Positions 38,364 to 48,807 of a DNA stretch of 64,000 nucleotides are shown piece by piece. Under the pieces are notes generated by a model that was given only the letters and a program-made list of their open reading frames with translations, made no database searches and was not told the DNA's origin. Numbering within the stretch: the stretch's first letter is position 1; each line of letters opens with the position of its first letter. Origin of the DNA: an uncultured Gammaproteobacteria bacterium (GTDB lineage: Bacteria > Patescibacteriota > Microgenomatia > Levybacterales > UBA12049); the NCBI GenBank assembly GCA_964497535.1, contig CAZCCG010000001.1, forward strand, positions 66,688-130,687, read 5' to 3'. Position numbers and translations under genes: made by a program.

Positions 38364-38735
38364 ATGGATCGTAAAAATTATGATATTCATGAACGTATAT
38401 TTAACTTTATTGTAGCTGGTATAGAATTTCTTAATAAACTCCCAAAGACTCCCACTAACCTCATCATTATTAATCAATTAAGCCGGTCAATTACTTCAAT
38501 GGGAGCAAATGACCAGGAAGCCGATGGTGCTCTCACGAAAAAAGATTTTATCCACGGCTTTACTGTCGTCAGAAAAGAAGGAAAAGAATCAGTATTCTGG
38601 TTTAGGCTTATTGGTAAAACAAATAAATCATTCTTTGAAGAGACTTCCCCTTTAATTAAGGAAGGGCATGAGATTGTAGCAATTATAAGTGCTATTATTA
38701 AAAATGCTTCAAATAGCAATAAAGAAAGAAAATAA
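38364..38735 (+). CDS. Four-helix-bundle / Avd-like protein, copy 3.
   Basis: QLSRSITSMGANDQEADGA and FWFRLI motifs; 123 aa. Confidence 0.65.
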   Translation: MDRKNYDIHERIFNFIVAGIEFLNKLPKTPTNLIIINQLSRSITSMGANDQEADGALTKKDFIHGFTVVRKEGKESVFWFRLIGKTNKSFFEETSPLIKEGHEIVAIISAIIKNASNSNKERK

Positions 38736-38803
38736 CCTAAATCTTAATTGGAAATTTGATATTTGAAATTACAAATTTTAAATTTATCGCCTCTATTCCT
38801 ATA

Positions 38804-39484
38804 TTAGGATCGAGGTTTACGTTGTACTATCTTTGTTAATCCAATTACTACCGCATCAATTCCTAATGGAATCAATAACAATATGCTTGCCTGTTTGAGA
38901 AACTCCATGGTGTGGTCAGAAAATAGTGCAGTGATCCAGGAGGACGGAATCCGAAAACCCGATATAAAAAATGCTGTACCAATCAAAAGCAGCGCTAAGG
39001 CAAATTCTACGGTTCCCTCCACATCTTTGCTGCTTGAAAACATCGTATTACCAATTTCAAAAACGATATAAAACAGAAGAATAATATTCCACGGAGCGGG
39101 AACAAGCTGTTGTGTTGGGAAGAGAAAATAAAATGAAGCAGCCAGAAGCAGGATAAATCCTACCAGAATCGGCGCGACACCAATCAGCGCACGGCGAAAC
39201 GGATCACACTGAGCAATCTGTACACTCCCCAACTTCACACTCTCCCCTCGCACTTGAGGAATAAATTCTATTTCACCAGTACGAACAAATAAAAGATTTG
39301 CTGTCAGGTAATGCGCGAGCTCATGGATGACAACACCGGGAAGAAACAGAAATGCCAATGCATATACTGACCCTACATGACTGTGGCTTATCCGCCAAAA
39401 AATAGTACTTAATGATTTTGAGAGGATGCGGGACAAGAAAAAAAGCGCCAACAACTCACCAATAAGTATTCCAATGAAATGCAT
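38804..39484 (-). CDS. Polytopic membrane protein with HExxH motif (putative intramembrane or membrane-embedded zinc metalloprotease).
   Basis: VVIHELAHYLTA lies within a TM region; 226 aa with about six TM helices. Confidence 0.45.
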   Translation of the reverse strand: MHFIGILIGELLALFFLSRILSKSLSTIFWRISHSHVGSVYALAFLFLPGVVIHELAHYLTANLLFVRTGEIEFIPQVRGESVKLGSVQIAQCDPFRRALIGVAPILVGFILLLAASFYFLFPTQQLVPAPWNIILLFYIVFEIGNTMFSSSKDVEGTVEFALALLLIGTAFFISGFRIPSSWITALFSDHTMEFLKQASILLLIPLGIDAVVIGLTKIVQRKPRS

Positions 39485-39563
39485 ACCTATTAGTATAGAA
39501 TCCTCTCATCGAGAAAACAATGTCGGCTTGATTCCCTATGCTGCTTTATATTACTATTGACGT

Positions 39564-42398
39564 ATGCCAACAATCGAACAAGTAAGACCTCCCATCCAGG
39601 AAGTAGAACCCACTATAGAAACTCCTTCCGAACATAGAGCGTTGGTAGGATTTCAAGCACGGGTGCTCCTGGGAAATGAGGCATTAGATCCGAATAATCA
39701 TGTCGAGACAATAACCCCTGAGGCATTAGGAACCTTTGCCGGACGTAATTATGACATGTTGCAAGATGCTTCACAGAGAGAACGGCACTCATTTTGGCAG
39801 GAGACTCCTCATGAGACTCACCAAGCCCAAAAAGACGCGTGGGCAACCACATTTGCGGAAACAATTGCTTCTTCTCAACCCTTTTTCGAAACTGAAAAAG
39901 GACAACAGTGGATAGCAACACTGTCTCAGTTTGGCGTCACCAGTGCTTCCCCATCCACAGAGGAAATACATCACATATATGATTTGTATTTCTCATCCGA
40001 TTCCGATACGCCGGCACTCAAACAATTTGTCGGCAGAGTAATTGATACTTATACGGAAAATGGAACCCTTAACTATGCACGGCTCAAAACTGATTTGCCT
40101 GCCGTAGAATGGTTTTCCAATATTTTTGGCCATACCTCTTCGGAAGTCATCGGGCAAATGATTGATGCTGAGGCAAAACTAATTCAAAATCCCCAAACAA
40201 TTATTCAAGAAGCTTCCCAACTCACTCAGAATGGACAACCACGAAGTCGAATAAATGATTTAGAAGAACGGGAAGAAGAGTTACTTATATTCCTCACCGG
40301 CTCGTCTACTTCCTCTCAAACCCACGAGGATGTTGAGGAACCATATGCGGAACAAACTCCAGCAGAGGAACCAAACCAGACTGATATAGAAGCTGAAGCA
40401 ATACCTCTGGGACCACGTAGTGATTCAAGAAATGGACATGACGCAGACTCACTCAGAGAACCAGCACGAGGTGAATCTGATCACCCAGATACAGAACCTG
40501 CCGAAAAATCACACGAGGATGCAATCCCACCCCAACCTCTTGCACAACTCGGAACCGCAACAGGGGCAGAAACACACGAAACTGCAGAAGCAGCTCTCCT
40601 ACCTTACGCCGAAAAGCTTGCCGACTTATATATATCTCTGGGTATTAAAGATAAAGGCTATAAAGATATATTTGCAATCGGTATCCAGCACCTTACCACA
40701 GATACGCCAAGAGCTGATCAACAGAAAATGTTGAAAATATTACGTGATACTGCTATGGACATGGAACACTATTATGCTTCGGAACAGCAAGACCCCGATC
40801 AAGTTGAGAAAGCTACAAAAATGGCACGTGTCATTCGAAAACTCCTCAAATCATCCTCCAATCTTTCAGAAGAGGCACTCGAAACTGCATTTGCTGATAC
40901 CCCGCCCACTCCAGAGCAAAAACCCAAGCCGTTTCGACTCCGCCTACACCGTGAGGGAGTAGAAAATGATGCATTAAGAATAGTAATAGGAGGAAAAGAT
41001 GATATGCCGGAACCAGATATTGCACTTACGCCATACGCGCAGGACTTGAAAAACTTGCTTGATACCGGATGGATGCCTCGTTCTGCTGAAAGCCAGATGC
41101 TCACACCGCTTGTGGATTCTATTCGTAAGGGGATGCCTCTTGAGGAACAGCTCCTGCGCTATACCCAAATTCATACTGTTATATCAAGCATAGAAGAATC
41201 ACTTCGGGAATCCTCTCCGCCTACCGAGTGGCATATGACGCAGGTTGTCGAGATGAAAAATCTTGTTGAGGGATATATACAGGATATTCGAGAAATGAAG
41301 GGTAAACCCAGAGAAATAGCAACCACACATCCAGAACTAATTGCACCAGCCCAAGGAATTGGACAAATTGCCGAAGGTCTTGACCCTACCTATAGAGATC
41401 GTCTGAACAGTCTGTTAGAAGGCTTAACGGAACAATCATCTACAGAAGAGCGAGAACGTATTTTTGAAGAAATTCTTCATGTCACTTCTCTCTGGGATAA
41501 GAATTTTACCAATATGCAAAACTATAGAGATGAAGACAGTAAAGAATTTACTGCAGCAGGGCAGCAAAAAGCAGTTGCTCATAGAATTAGACAAGCAGCA
41601 GAAACAGCTCTGGAAGGGTTACGGCACGGACAAGCTGAACCATCAGAAGCAGTCGTGGCAGGTGAACCAGGACGAGAAGCACAACCGCAACTGCTTGCTT
41701 CCGGGGAATCTATTCAGGCGATCCTTGATACATTTAGACCCAGTGATGATAGGTTTTACCATGATAAGATACAATCAATATCACGACATTTAACAGCAGG
41801 CATTCAGGGGCATCCTACTCAACAAGCATTTTTCCTGCATGAAATCCATGCTATCACTGAGGAGATGGAAGGATTTTTTCAGGAAAATGCCAGAAGAAAA
41901 CCTGAATTTTCTCTGGCTCAGATAGAAAAAGCCCGGGCAATACGAGCAGCAGTAGAACAAGCACAGAGACAACTGAGACAAGAACAAGAAAACCACGAGG
42001 AACAAGCAGCATCTGATACTCCTACGCTGGAACCGTCGCAAATACATACAGCGGTAACAGACAGAGCCGGAGAAGACGAACCAATCCTTACTCTTGATGC
42101 AATACGAAAGGGAGACACAGTAGAAGAAGAACACTCATCAGAACCGCCGCCCCCTCCTCCATTACCTGTTGTTGAAGATGCTACTGACGAGGAGACAGAA
42201 CATATTGATGAAGAGGTAGAACTTAAGCATTCCCCTGATACCGATCCAGATGAAGAAATGGCAGAAGATTCTGAGTGGGAGGATGATCAACAACCGCAGC
42301 GGGGAAAAAATAAGGGAAGAAGTTTTATGAGGAATGGAAAACCACTAGACAAACGCAATGCCAGACGCGCTCGAGAACAGCAACGCCAATGGAATTAA
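39564..42398 (+). CDS. Large acidic hypothetical protein (944 aa), low-complexity, with C-terminal basic tail.
   Basis: Single ORF with high Glu/Asp/Gln content; no catalytic motifs seen. Confidence 0.45.
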   Translation: MPTIEQVRPPIQEVEPTIETPSEHRALVGFQARVLLGNEALDPNNHVETITPEALGTFAGRNYDMLQDASQRERHSFWQETPHETHQAQKDAWATTFAETIASSQPFFETEKGQQWIATLSQFGVTSASPSTEEIHHIYDLYFSSDSDTPALKQFVGRVIDTYTENGTLNYARLKTDLPAVEWFSNIFGHTSSEVIGQMIDAEAKLIQNPQTIIQEASQLTQNGQPRSRINDLEEREEELLIFLTGSSTSSQTHEDVEEPYAEQTPAEEPNQTDIEAEAIPLGPRSDSRNGHDADSLREPARGESDHPDTEPAEKSHEDAIPPQPLAQLGTATGAETHETAEAALLPYAEKLADLYISLGIKDKGYKDIFAIGIQHLTTDTPRADQQKMLKILRDTAMDMEHYYASEQQDPDQVEKATKMARVIRKLLKSSSNLSEEALETAFADTPPTPEQKPKPFRLRLHREGVENDALRIVIGGKDDMPEPDIALTPYAQDLKNLLDTGWMPRSAESQMLTPLVDSIRKGMPLEEQLLRYTQIHTVISSIEESLRESSPPTEWHMTQVVEMKNLVEGYIQDIREMKGKPREIATTHPELIAPAQGIGQIAEGLDPTYRDRLNSLLEGLTEQSSTEERERIFEEILHVTSLWDKNFTNMQNYRDEDSKEFTAAGQQKAVAHRIRQAAETALEGLRHGQAEPSEAVVAGEPGREAQPQLLASGESIQAILDTFRPSDDRFYHDKIQSISRHLTAGIQGHPTQQAFFLHEIHAITEEMEGFFQENARRKPEFSLAQIEKARAIRAAVEQAQRQLRQEQENHEEQAASDTPTLEPSQIHTAVTDRAGEDEPILTLDAIRKGDTVEEEHSSEPPPPPPLPVVEDATDEETEHIDEEVELKHSPDTDPDEEMAEDSEWEDDQQPQRGKNKGRSFMRNGKPLDKRNARRAREQQRQWN

Positions 42399-42477
42399 AA
42401 ACTCAACCGTAATCTCCTCTCCTCTTGACTTCTTATGAAATATATTGTCATACTTACTGTTGAAGGAGGTGATTGGA

Positions 42478-42861
42478 ATGCAAGATCAAACACAACAAAT
42501 TCCACCGGAAGTGAAATCTTTTCTTGAAGGTATCTTACAGGATGCCAATATGGTGACGTTGGATGACCAAATGAAAGAAGAGATGGTCAAAGAACTCTAT
42601 GTACGGCTGGATAACTTTATCACAGCAGCGATTGTCGATCATATGCCTGCTGACAAAGTTGAAGAATTTATCAAAATGAACGAGGAAAAAAAGTCCAAAG
42701 AGGACGTTGAAAAATTTGTTAAAGAAGTCATGCCAAATGCCCAAGAGGTATTTACCAATGCTTTCATGGAATTTCGTGATCTGTATTTAGGAGGAGTTGC
42801 TGCAAAACGGAATGAACCGGAAGCTGCAAACACAACCGTTCCATCTTCTTCTAAGAACTAA
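42478..42861 (+). CDS. Small acidic helical protein, partner of the downstream giant protein (paralog of the ORF at 48473).
   Basis: RBS aaggagg before the ATG at 42478. IPPEVKSFLEGILQDANMVTLDD...FIKMNEEKKS...MPNAQEVF aligns with the 48473 protein. Confidence 0.55.
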   Translation: MQDQTQQIPPEVKSFLEGILQDANMVTLDDQMKEEMVKELYVRLDNFITAAIVDHMPADKVEEFIKMNEEKKSKEDVEKFVKEVMPNAQEVFTNAFMEFRDLYLGGVAAKRNEPEAANTTVPSSSKN

Positions 42862-42866
42862 CTACC

Positions 42867-45800
42867 ATGGCAGAAATCAACCAACCAGGTGGTCCTGAAG
42901 TACGATATAATCCTGAAAGAACAGATTCTCGTGAAGCAGTTGTTCATGCTGCACGGGTTGGATTTGATGAATTTAATAAACAAGCGAGAACACTTGAAGC
43001 AAAAAAAACTGATGAACTTACTCCAAAGGAACGCCAATTTCTTCGTGACCGCAATGTTTTCAAAAGTGGTATTGATGAAACGATAGACCACAAAGACGCC
43101 AATGGTAACCCAGCTGCGCGAGATAGCATTCCAACCGACTTTGAAAATAGAGAAAATCCGCAAGGCCCACAATTTCGACAATATGAAGGGATTCCTGTCG
43201 GAAGAGTAATTGGGTTCCTCCACGAGAAAATTGGGGCATTAGAAGCAGACCCCGCTAGCGACAAAATGTACATTGCAGAACTCAAACAATCCTATGATGT
43301 TTTGAGAAGAAATACTAAGGCATATTCTGAAAGGAGAAGTGTCTCAAATGGAAAGTTTTTCAGTCGCGTCGAAGAAGAGGCACGGAGAATTGCTCAAGAT
43401 CCTTTAGTAGCAACCCATGACCAAAATGGCAACTCTGATCTGGTAGCAAATTACTATTATGCGCTCAATGAGATTCGAACCAGACAGGAACTGATATTCC
43501 CCAAAAATAAAAACGTAGTACTCCCCCCTGAGGAACCTGATACAAAATTATTGCCGCCAGGACAACGACCGGCAGAATTACCTCCGGGGAATCATCCCCC
43601 AGAGCTTCCTCCTGGACAAAAACCAGGAGAACTAGGACCCGGTCAACATCCACCGGAACTTCCTCCGGGGGTACATCCTCCTGAATTACCCCCAGGCCAA
43701 AAACCTCCGGAACTACCACCCGGGCAGAAACCGCCGGAATTACCGCCGGGAGTTAAACCACCAGAATTACCACCTGGAGATCGTCCTCTAGAACTTCCGC
43801 CCGGTAGACCAACACCGGAAGATGTAGACCAGATCAGGCGTGATTTTGCTATTGTTAATCGCCACGCAGATGTAGAAAAGCGAGCACGAGAATACGCAGA
43901 GCAAAAAGTCCGTGAAGAATATAAAAAAGGCAGTTTCTTAAATCCCAAAGATATGTTCCGTAAAATAAAGCTTCGTGTCGGAGAAGAATATTACCGCCAA
44001 AAATATATCCAGGAAGCTCGCACGGCAATGCTTGCCAATAATAATTCATATATGGACATGGATGCAGCGACTCTCGGACTAACAGACGCAAAACATCGAA
44101 TAGATGAAGAACGTCAAGCAGGGACAGCAAAAGCAGAACAAGTAGCACTTCAAGCGCGGGAAAGAATCCAAGTAGGAGGAACTGAAGTCAAAGAAGCACA
44201 CGGCGCGCTTAAGGATGCGATTATGAAGGACATCATTCGTCCAGTTATTGAGGGCAAAATTACTGACCCAGCACAAGTACAAGATGTTATCAAGCAATTT
44301 GTAGAAGCAAATAATACTGATCCGGATGTCCAGGAAATATTTGGCAAAGACGCCACCCAGTATGGCAAACAGGCAGAATACTATGCGTCCAATTTGTTAG
44401 AAACAGGAGCATTGGTGAGAGAAGATGTAGCAGCTCATCGATATGCTATGGAGCAGATTGACGAAGTCGTGCATATCCAATTAGGTAATCCTTCATGGGC
44501 AGCGGAAACACAAGCTAATTTCAATACTGCTGACAAATTAATTGCAAGGCTTCAAAATGGACCATTGAGAGGATGGGCCGCAAATCCGGCAGCCATCGGG
44601 CTAGCAGCCTCTGCGGTAGGATTTTTTGGTACGAGATTACCCGGCAGAGTAGGACAAGCAGCTGGTGCAGTACCTGGTGTTGGAGTACTCATGGGAGCAG
44701 GATTTGCAGCACTTCGTCGCAACATGGATCTGAAACATGACATGGAAGCCCATCGTGTCGAACGTGCATATAACATGCAGGTTCCAAAAGATGCAAAACG
44801 GCGGGAAGCACTTGAGCAATTTGCCTATAAAACCGCTTCAGTGAATGAGTTACTCGAAGGAGGACAAGACAGAGAAGGAATGCTCGGCGGCGACTCACGG
44901 GGACTAAAAGAATTAGCTCAACTCAATCTATCTATTAATAATCCGAATACTCCAAACCCGGCAGAAACAGATCTACGAGCACTGATGAACCGGGAACATT
45001 TACTCCGTCGTATGTCAGAAGTCCAAGCGCGTCTGGATTTCTCCGCCCAGGAAAAAGTTGATTTGATAACATTTGAAACCCGCGAGCAGGTCGAACAAGG
45101 AAGACTGGAACTCATCAAAGGACTTGCCCAAGCTCGACTGGCATTGAAAAATGCCGGCATGGATGAAGATACCATGAAGGCAGACCTTGATCGGTACGGT
45201 AGTCAATGGACCAAATCATTTATACAGGACCGCGATCAAGAAAACAGAAAGTTTGCCAATTATCGAGTGAAAGAATCACTAAAAGCTGGCGCTTTTGCCG
45301 GCGCAATAGGATTGGGAGGAGTATTCGTCAGCCAGGAAGCTCTTGCCGGCGCAGGAAGAGTCATCGGCAAGCATGTGAATGATACGATACTTGAGCACGG
45401 CATCAAAGGCATCGGAGGAATCGCAGAAACTGTTAAATCCCATCTTCCAACACCAGGATCAGTACCTGCAGCTGTAGGAGCAGTGGCAGAAGCAGGAAGA
45501 AATACTCAACAGGCAATTGGATCTATTGACGTAACTCCAGGTGCGGTTGCAAATAAGGTTGGTGAGGTAGTAAATGGTATACGATCCACAGATATTCCCG
45601 GTGTTGTCTCAGGAGCAGCAGCTGAGGCAGGAAATAAAATTGGCAGTACGAATCCTGAACAAATACTCAGAAGCATGGGAGATTTCCTGACCGCAGAAGC
45701 ACCTGTTCCTTCCTCTTCTGAAATCCATGGATTAATCAGCGCAGACCTGCTCAAACAAGCATATGAAAATCCGCGTAATTTCCCAATTTTTGATGCAGCC

Positions 45801-48356
45801 GGGAACCATATTGCCTCATTTGCAGTCAGCCCTGATATTTCAGAGGACGGCGGACGAGCAGTAACACTTCTGAGTACCGCCCTAGATGCAGAAGGGAATA
45901 AAGTTCAACTCCCTACCCCGCCGATGTGGGTTGACCAGGATGCAAAAGGAGGATATCGTCTCATCGCATCAGGAGGAGAATATAATATGCCACAAGGACT
46001 GAAAGATGTAATCAAAACATTTGACCACCAGCGAAGTCCTCAACATGATCTGCGGGCATTGATGAGGCAAGCAGTTGACAGTTATTACGGCCGGGGAGGA
46101 CCAGATACTGTTATTGAAGGTCCGGATTCTATGCGGGGAATGCTCACTACAGAACATGGAGATATCCGGTATGACATCTCTCATGAAGGATATGACAAAT
46201 GGGCAAAAGTTGCAGCAGAAGCCGGAGATACCTTGCGTGATGGAGAAATTGGCAAGATGTCTATCCAGGATGCACTAACCGGACAACAAATACATGGGTT
46301 TGTAAATAAAGACAATATAGCCCGCTTCCCACTGGATCATTATGGTAATGAAGCTATTGGAATTGACCAGTGGAAAGCGATGGCACAAAAGCTTTCGGTT
46401 GACGGATGGATATTTCACGACAATACCGGTGCCGTAGTACAACCGCAGGATATTACTCCCCATATGGAACTGTTTGGTACACCCCCCGAAGCAACACAAT
46501 ATGTACCAAAAGATATTGTTGATGCACCGGTAGTCACAACTGCTTTTGCTCCTCGGAACCCGCTTGAAGCAATGGAACGGCCGGATGAGAAAAAGAAACC
46601 GGATGACCAAGAAGGGGAAACTCCACCCCCTGTTACAACCCCTCCATCAGGAGAAACGCCGACAGATCAAACACCTCCTACACCACCAGTCACGACGCCT
46701 CCCCCAGTTCCTCCGGGGGGAGATTCCACCGGAACAACGACTGAGGTAACAGTACCGACAAATACATCTACGGAAGTGGTCACAACCGGCCAGGATAAAA
46801 CAGGAGAAAAAACCCAAACACGTGTACCAATAGAAGAACTTCTTACCTATGAGCAAATGAAAGAGGCGGGATATACAGATGAAGAGATTCAAGAGCACGC
46901 ACAGAAAAAAGAAAAAACGCCCCCAACACAAGAGACAACTGAAACTACCATCCCCATATCCGAACAAGAACCACTCTATCGATATGAAGCAGCAGTGGCA
47001 ACCAAAGCATCTACCCAGCATCCGGATACCAATGAGGATACGGCAATTACCGATGGAGGAAAAGGAGTTATTGCAGTATTTGATGGGTCAGGAGGAAATA
47101 GTGCAAGTATACTGGGGAAAGAATCTTTTGAGACAGCTCTTGCAACACTTCCTCCTCGCGCTACCAGAGCTGAAATTGAAGCGGCAATGCAGGCCGGATG
47201 GAAAACCTCTCAAGAAAGAATCCAGGCAGATGAAGCGGCGAATCCGGATCACAAAGGAATGGCATCAACCGGTACTGTTGTAAAAATATTCATGGAGAAT
47301 GGCAAACGCTATGCCATGGTGCTACAAGCCGGCGACAGTAGAGGAAGTTTTGTACAGAAAGATGGGACGCTACGACAAGTCACGAAAGATGATGCCGCAA
47401 GACTCGGCAATGACAGCCAAATGCCCTCAATTGATGTCGTAGAAGTAACAGATAATGACGCATTCTTTATAACCACCACCAAAGGTGTCCATGAACAGTT
47501 TACTCCTGAGGAAATGGCTGCAACTGCAAAGGGACATAAATCTGCGCAAGAGTTAGTAAGAAGACTTGTTATGATAAAAGCGCTTGAAGCACGCAGAAAG
47601 AACATACCCATTCCTGACGATATGACAGCAGCGGCAATTAAATTGGAGGGTATAGATACTTCCAAAACAGGAAAAACTGAGGAAGAACAACAAAGGGAAC
47701 GAAGAGTAGAGCTAGGTAGTATAGTAGACATAATTCGGTCACTTAAAGAGAAGGGAGAAGCTACAACCAACCCGTTGTTCTTTACTGGAGCTAATGGTGA
47801 ATATGGGTGGGAAGAGGTTCGGATGGGATCTCCTGTTAAGGCAGATAGTGACCACGCCTTTCGCGGGTATCTCATGGTAGAACCAAATGACATTCCGCTA
47901 GCTATGCAGATTCTCCTCAAGAAAGCTCCTCAGCTGCTTGCCCAAGGTCAAGGAGTCGATGCCAAATTCTTACTGATGAAATTACCTCAATTCGCAGATG
48001 TCGCAGAACGAAATAAATATATCAATAATCGTGATAACTTGGCTAAGTATGAAGGCCTCACACCTGAAGATCCCCGCATTGCCCTATATGGAGATTCACA
48101 GGCAGCTATTGAAGCGATTTTGACAGTTCTGGCCGAGGATCCGCAGTGGCAAGATATTGAGCAACGAAGACTAGATGCGTTTGGAGGATCTGATCATACT
48201 CCCCGAAGACCCGGAACTAATGCCTTAGTACACAAGGGGAGAGAATATAGATCCTTAAACTATGGAAACATACGCGGGTATTCTGAAGATGAAGCTGCAG
48301 ATCCCGCCTGGAGAGATAAAAAAATCGGTGAACAGACCGTACCGTTAGCTTCGTAA
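42867..48356 (+). CDS. Giant protein (1829 aa): shared N-terminal region, 10 tandem ELPPGxxPP repeats, Gly-rich hydrophobic segments, C-terminal PP2C-like Ser/Thr phosphatase domain.
   Basis: PP2C motifs seen by eye near 47.0-47.6 kb: HPDTNED, VFDGSGGN, GMASTGTVV, QAGDSRGSF, VTKDD, VTDNDAFFITTTKGV. The N-terminal roughly 700 aa are collinear with the 48808 protein. Confidence 0.6.
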   Translation: MAEINQPGGPEVRYNPERTDSREAVVHAARVGFDEFNKQARTLEAKKTDELTPKERQFLRDRNVFKSGIDETIDHKDANGNPAARDSIPTDFENRENPQGPQFRQYEGIPVGRVIGFLHEKIGALEADPASDKMYIAELKQSYDVLRRNTKAYSERRSVSNGKFFSRVEEEARRIAQDPLVATHDQNGNSDLVANYYYALNEIRTRQELIFPKNKNVVLPPEEPDTKLLPPGQRPAELPPGNHPPELPPGQKPGELGPGQHPPELPPGVHPPELPPGQKPPELPPGQKPPELPPGVKPPELPPGDRPLELPPGRPTPEDVDQIRRDFAIVNRHADVEKRAREYAEQKVREEYKKGSFLNPKDMFRKIKLRVGEEYYRQKYIQEARTAMLANNNSYMDMDAATLGLTDAKHRIDEERQAGTAKAEQVALQARERIQVGGTEVKEAHGALKDAIMKDIIRPVIEGKITDPAQVQDVIKQFVEANNTDPDVQEIFGKDATQYGKQAEYYASNLLETGALVREDVAAHRYAMEQIDEVVHIQLGNPSWAAETQANFNTADKLIARLQNGPLRGWAANPAAIGLAASAVGFFGTRLPGRVGQAAGAVPGVGVLMGAGFAALRRNMDLKHDMEAHRVERAYNMQVPKDAKRREALEQFAYKTASVNELLEGGQDREGMLGGDSRGLKELAQLNLSINNPNTPNPAETDLRALMNREHLLRRMSEVQARLDFSAQEKVDLITFETREQVEQGRLELIKGLAQARLALKNAGMDEDTMKADLDRYGSQWTKSFIQDRDQENRKFANYRVKESLKAGAFAGAIGLGGVFVSQEALAGAGRVIGKHVNDTILEHGIKGIGGIAETVKSHLPTPGSVPAAVGAVAEAGRNTQQAIGSIDVTPGAVANKVGEVVNGIRSTDIPGVVSGAAAEAGNKIGSTNPEQILRSMGDFLTAEAPVPSSSEIHGLISADLLKQAYENPRNFPIFDAAGNHIASFAVSPDISEDGGRAVTLLSTALDAEGNKVQLPTPPMWVDQDAKGGYRLIASGGEYNMPQGLKDVIKTFDHQRSPQHDLRALMRQAVDSYYGRGGPDTVIEGPDSMRGMLTTEHGDIRYDISHEGYDKWAKVAAEAGDTLRDGEIGKMSIQDALTGQQIHGFVNKDNIARFPLDHYGNEAIGIDQWKAMAQKLSVDGWIFHDNTGAVVQPQDITPHMELFGTPPEATQYVPKDIVDAPVVTTAFAPRNPLEAMERPDEKKKPDDQEGETPPPVTTPPSGETPTDQTPPTPPVTTPPPVPPGGDSTGTTTEVTVPTNTSTEVVTTGQDKTGEKTQTRVPIEELLTYEQMKEAGYTDEEIQEHAQKKEKTPPTQETTETTIPISEQEPLYRYEAAVATKASTQHPDTNEDTAITDGGKGVIAVFDGSGGNSASILGKESFETALATLPPRATRAEIEAAMQAGWKTSQERIQADEAANPDHKGMASTGTVVKIFMENGKRYAMVLQAGDSRGSFVQKDGTLRQVTKDDAARLGNDSQMPSIDVVEVTDNDAFFITTTKGVHEQFTPEEMAATAKGHKSAQELVRRLVMIKALEARRKNIPIPDDMTAAAIKLEGIDTSKTGKTEEEQQRERRVELGSIVDIIRSLKEKGEATTNPLFFTGANGEYGWEEVRMGSPVKADSDHAFRGYLMVEPNDIPLAMQILLKKAPQLLAQGQGVDAKFLLMKLPQFADVAERNKYINNRDNLAKYEGLTPEDPRIALYGDSQAAIEAILTVLAEDPQWQDIEQRRLDAFGGSDHTPRRPGTNALVHKGREYRSLNYGNIRGYSEDEAADPAWRDKKIGEQTVPLAS
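43549..43812 (+). repeat. 27-nt tandem repeat (about 10 units) encoding (E/L)LPPGxxPP inside the 1829-aa protein.
   Basis: Periodic ccggaacttcctccggg variants read directly; the protein shows PPGQRPAELPPGNHPPELPPGQKPGEL continuing to PPGRPTPE. Confidence 0.85.
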
Positions 48357-48472
48357 TATAGTGTTTATCAGCTCCTCATAAGCTAACTATAAGCCAGCTA
48401 TTATTGACATACGTGGTACCACCTGTAATACTTGAATAGGCAAAGGTGGTGATTTTTGTGGATGAACAAACA

Positions 48473-48799
48473 ATGAAAATTCCGAAAGAAATTCGAGACT
48501 ATTTGGAAAATCTGCTGAAAGATGCGCAGATGACTCCGCTGGATGAGGAAATGCACGAAGAAATGATTATGCAGCTCTATCGTCGACTCGATACCTTTCT
48601 CAATGCAACCATTATGAATCACCTTCCTCCAAAGCATATGGACGCATTTATAAAGATCAATGAGGAAAAGAAGTCTCAGGCAGAAATTGAGCAATTCTTA
48701 AAAGAAAACATGCCCAATGCTCAAGACGTTTTTGCACAAGCGTTTGTTGATTTTAGAAAAACCTATCTGGGAGATTCAAAATCAAAAGATAGTAACTAA
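48473..48799 (+). CDS. Small acidic helical protein, partner of the downstream giant protein (paralog of the ORF at 42478).
   Basis: RBS aggtgg before the ATG at 48473. IPKEIRDYLENLLKDAQMTPLDE...FIKINEEKKS...MPNAQDVF. Confidence 0.55.
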   Translation: MKIPKEIRDYLENLLKDAQMTPLDEEMHEEMIMQLYRRLDTFLNATIMNHLPPKHMDAFIKINEEKKSQAEIEQFLKENMPNAQDVFAQAFVDFRKTYLGDSKSKDSN

Positions 48800-48807
48800 T
48801 ACAACCT

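Noticed and set aside
33412-38735. Diversity-generating retroelement (DGR) acting on the pilins, given three Avd-like genes.
   Set aside because: No reverse transcriptase ORF (no YxDD-type motif seen) and no obvious template/variable repeat pair in the window. Kept only as a hypothesis inside the finding.
43549-43812. CRISPR-like array.
   Set aside because: The periodicity is 27 nt with no spacers, and it is in frame and coding (ELPPGxxPP); not a CRISPR.
43465-47920. Numerous 60-200-aa ORFs on the minus strand inside the giant genes (for example 43643-43948, 47309-47920).
   Set aside because: They are antisense shadows of the long plus-strand ORFs (the repeat region yields mirror Gly/Pro-rich frames); no independent evidence.
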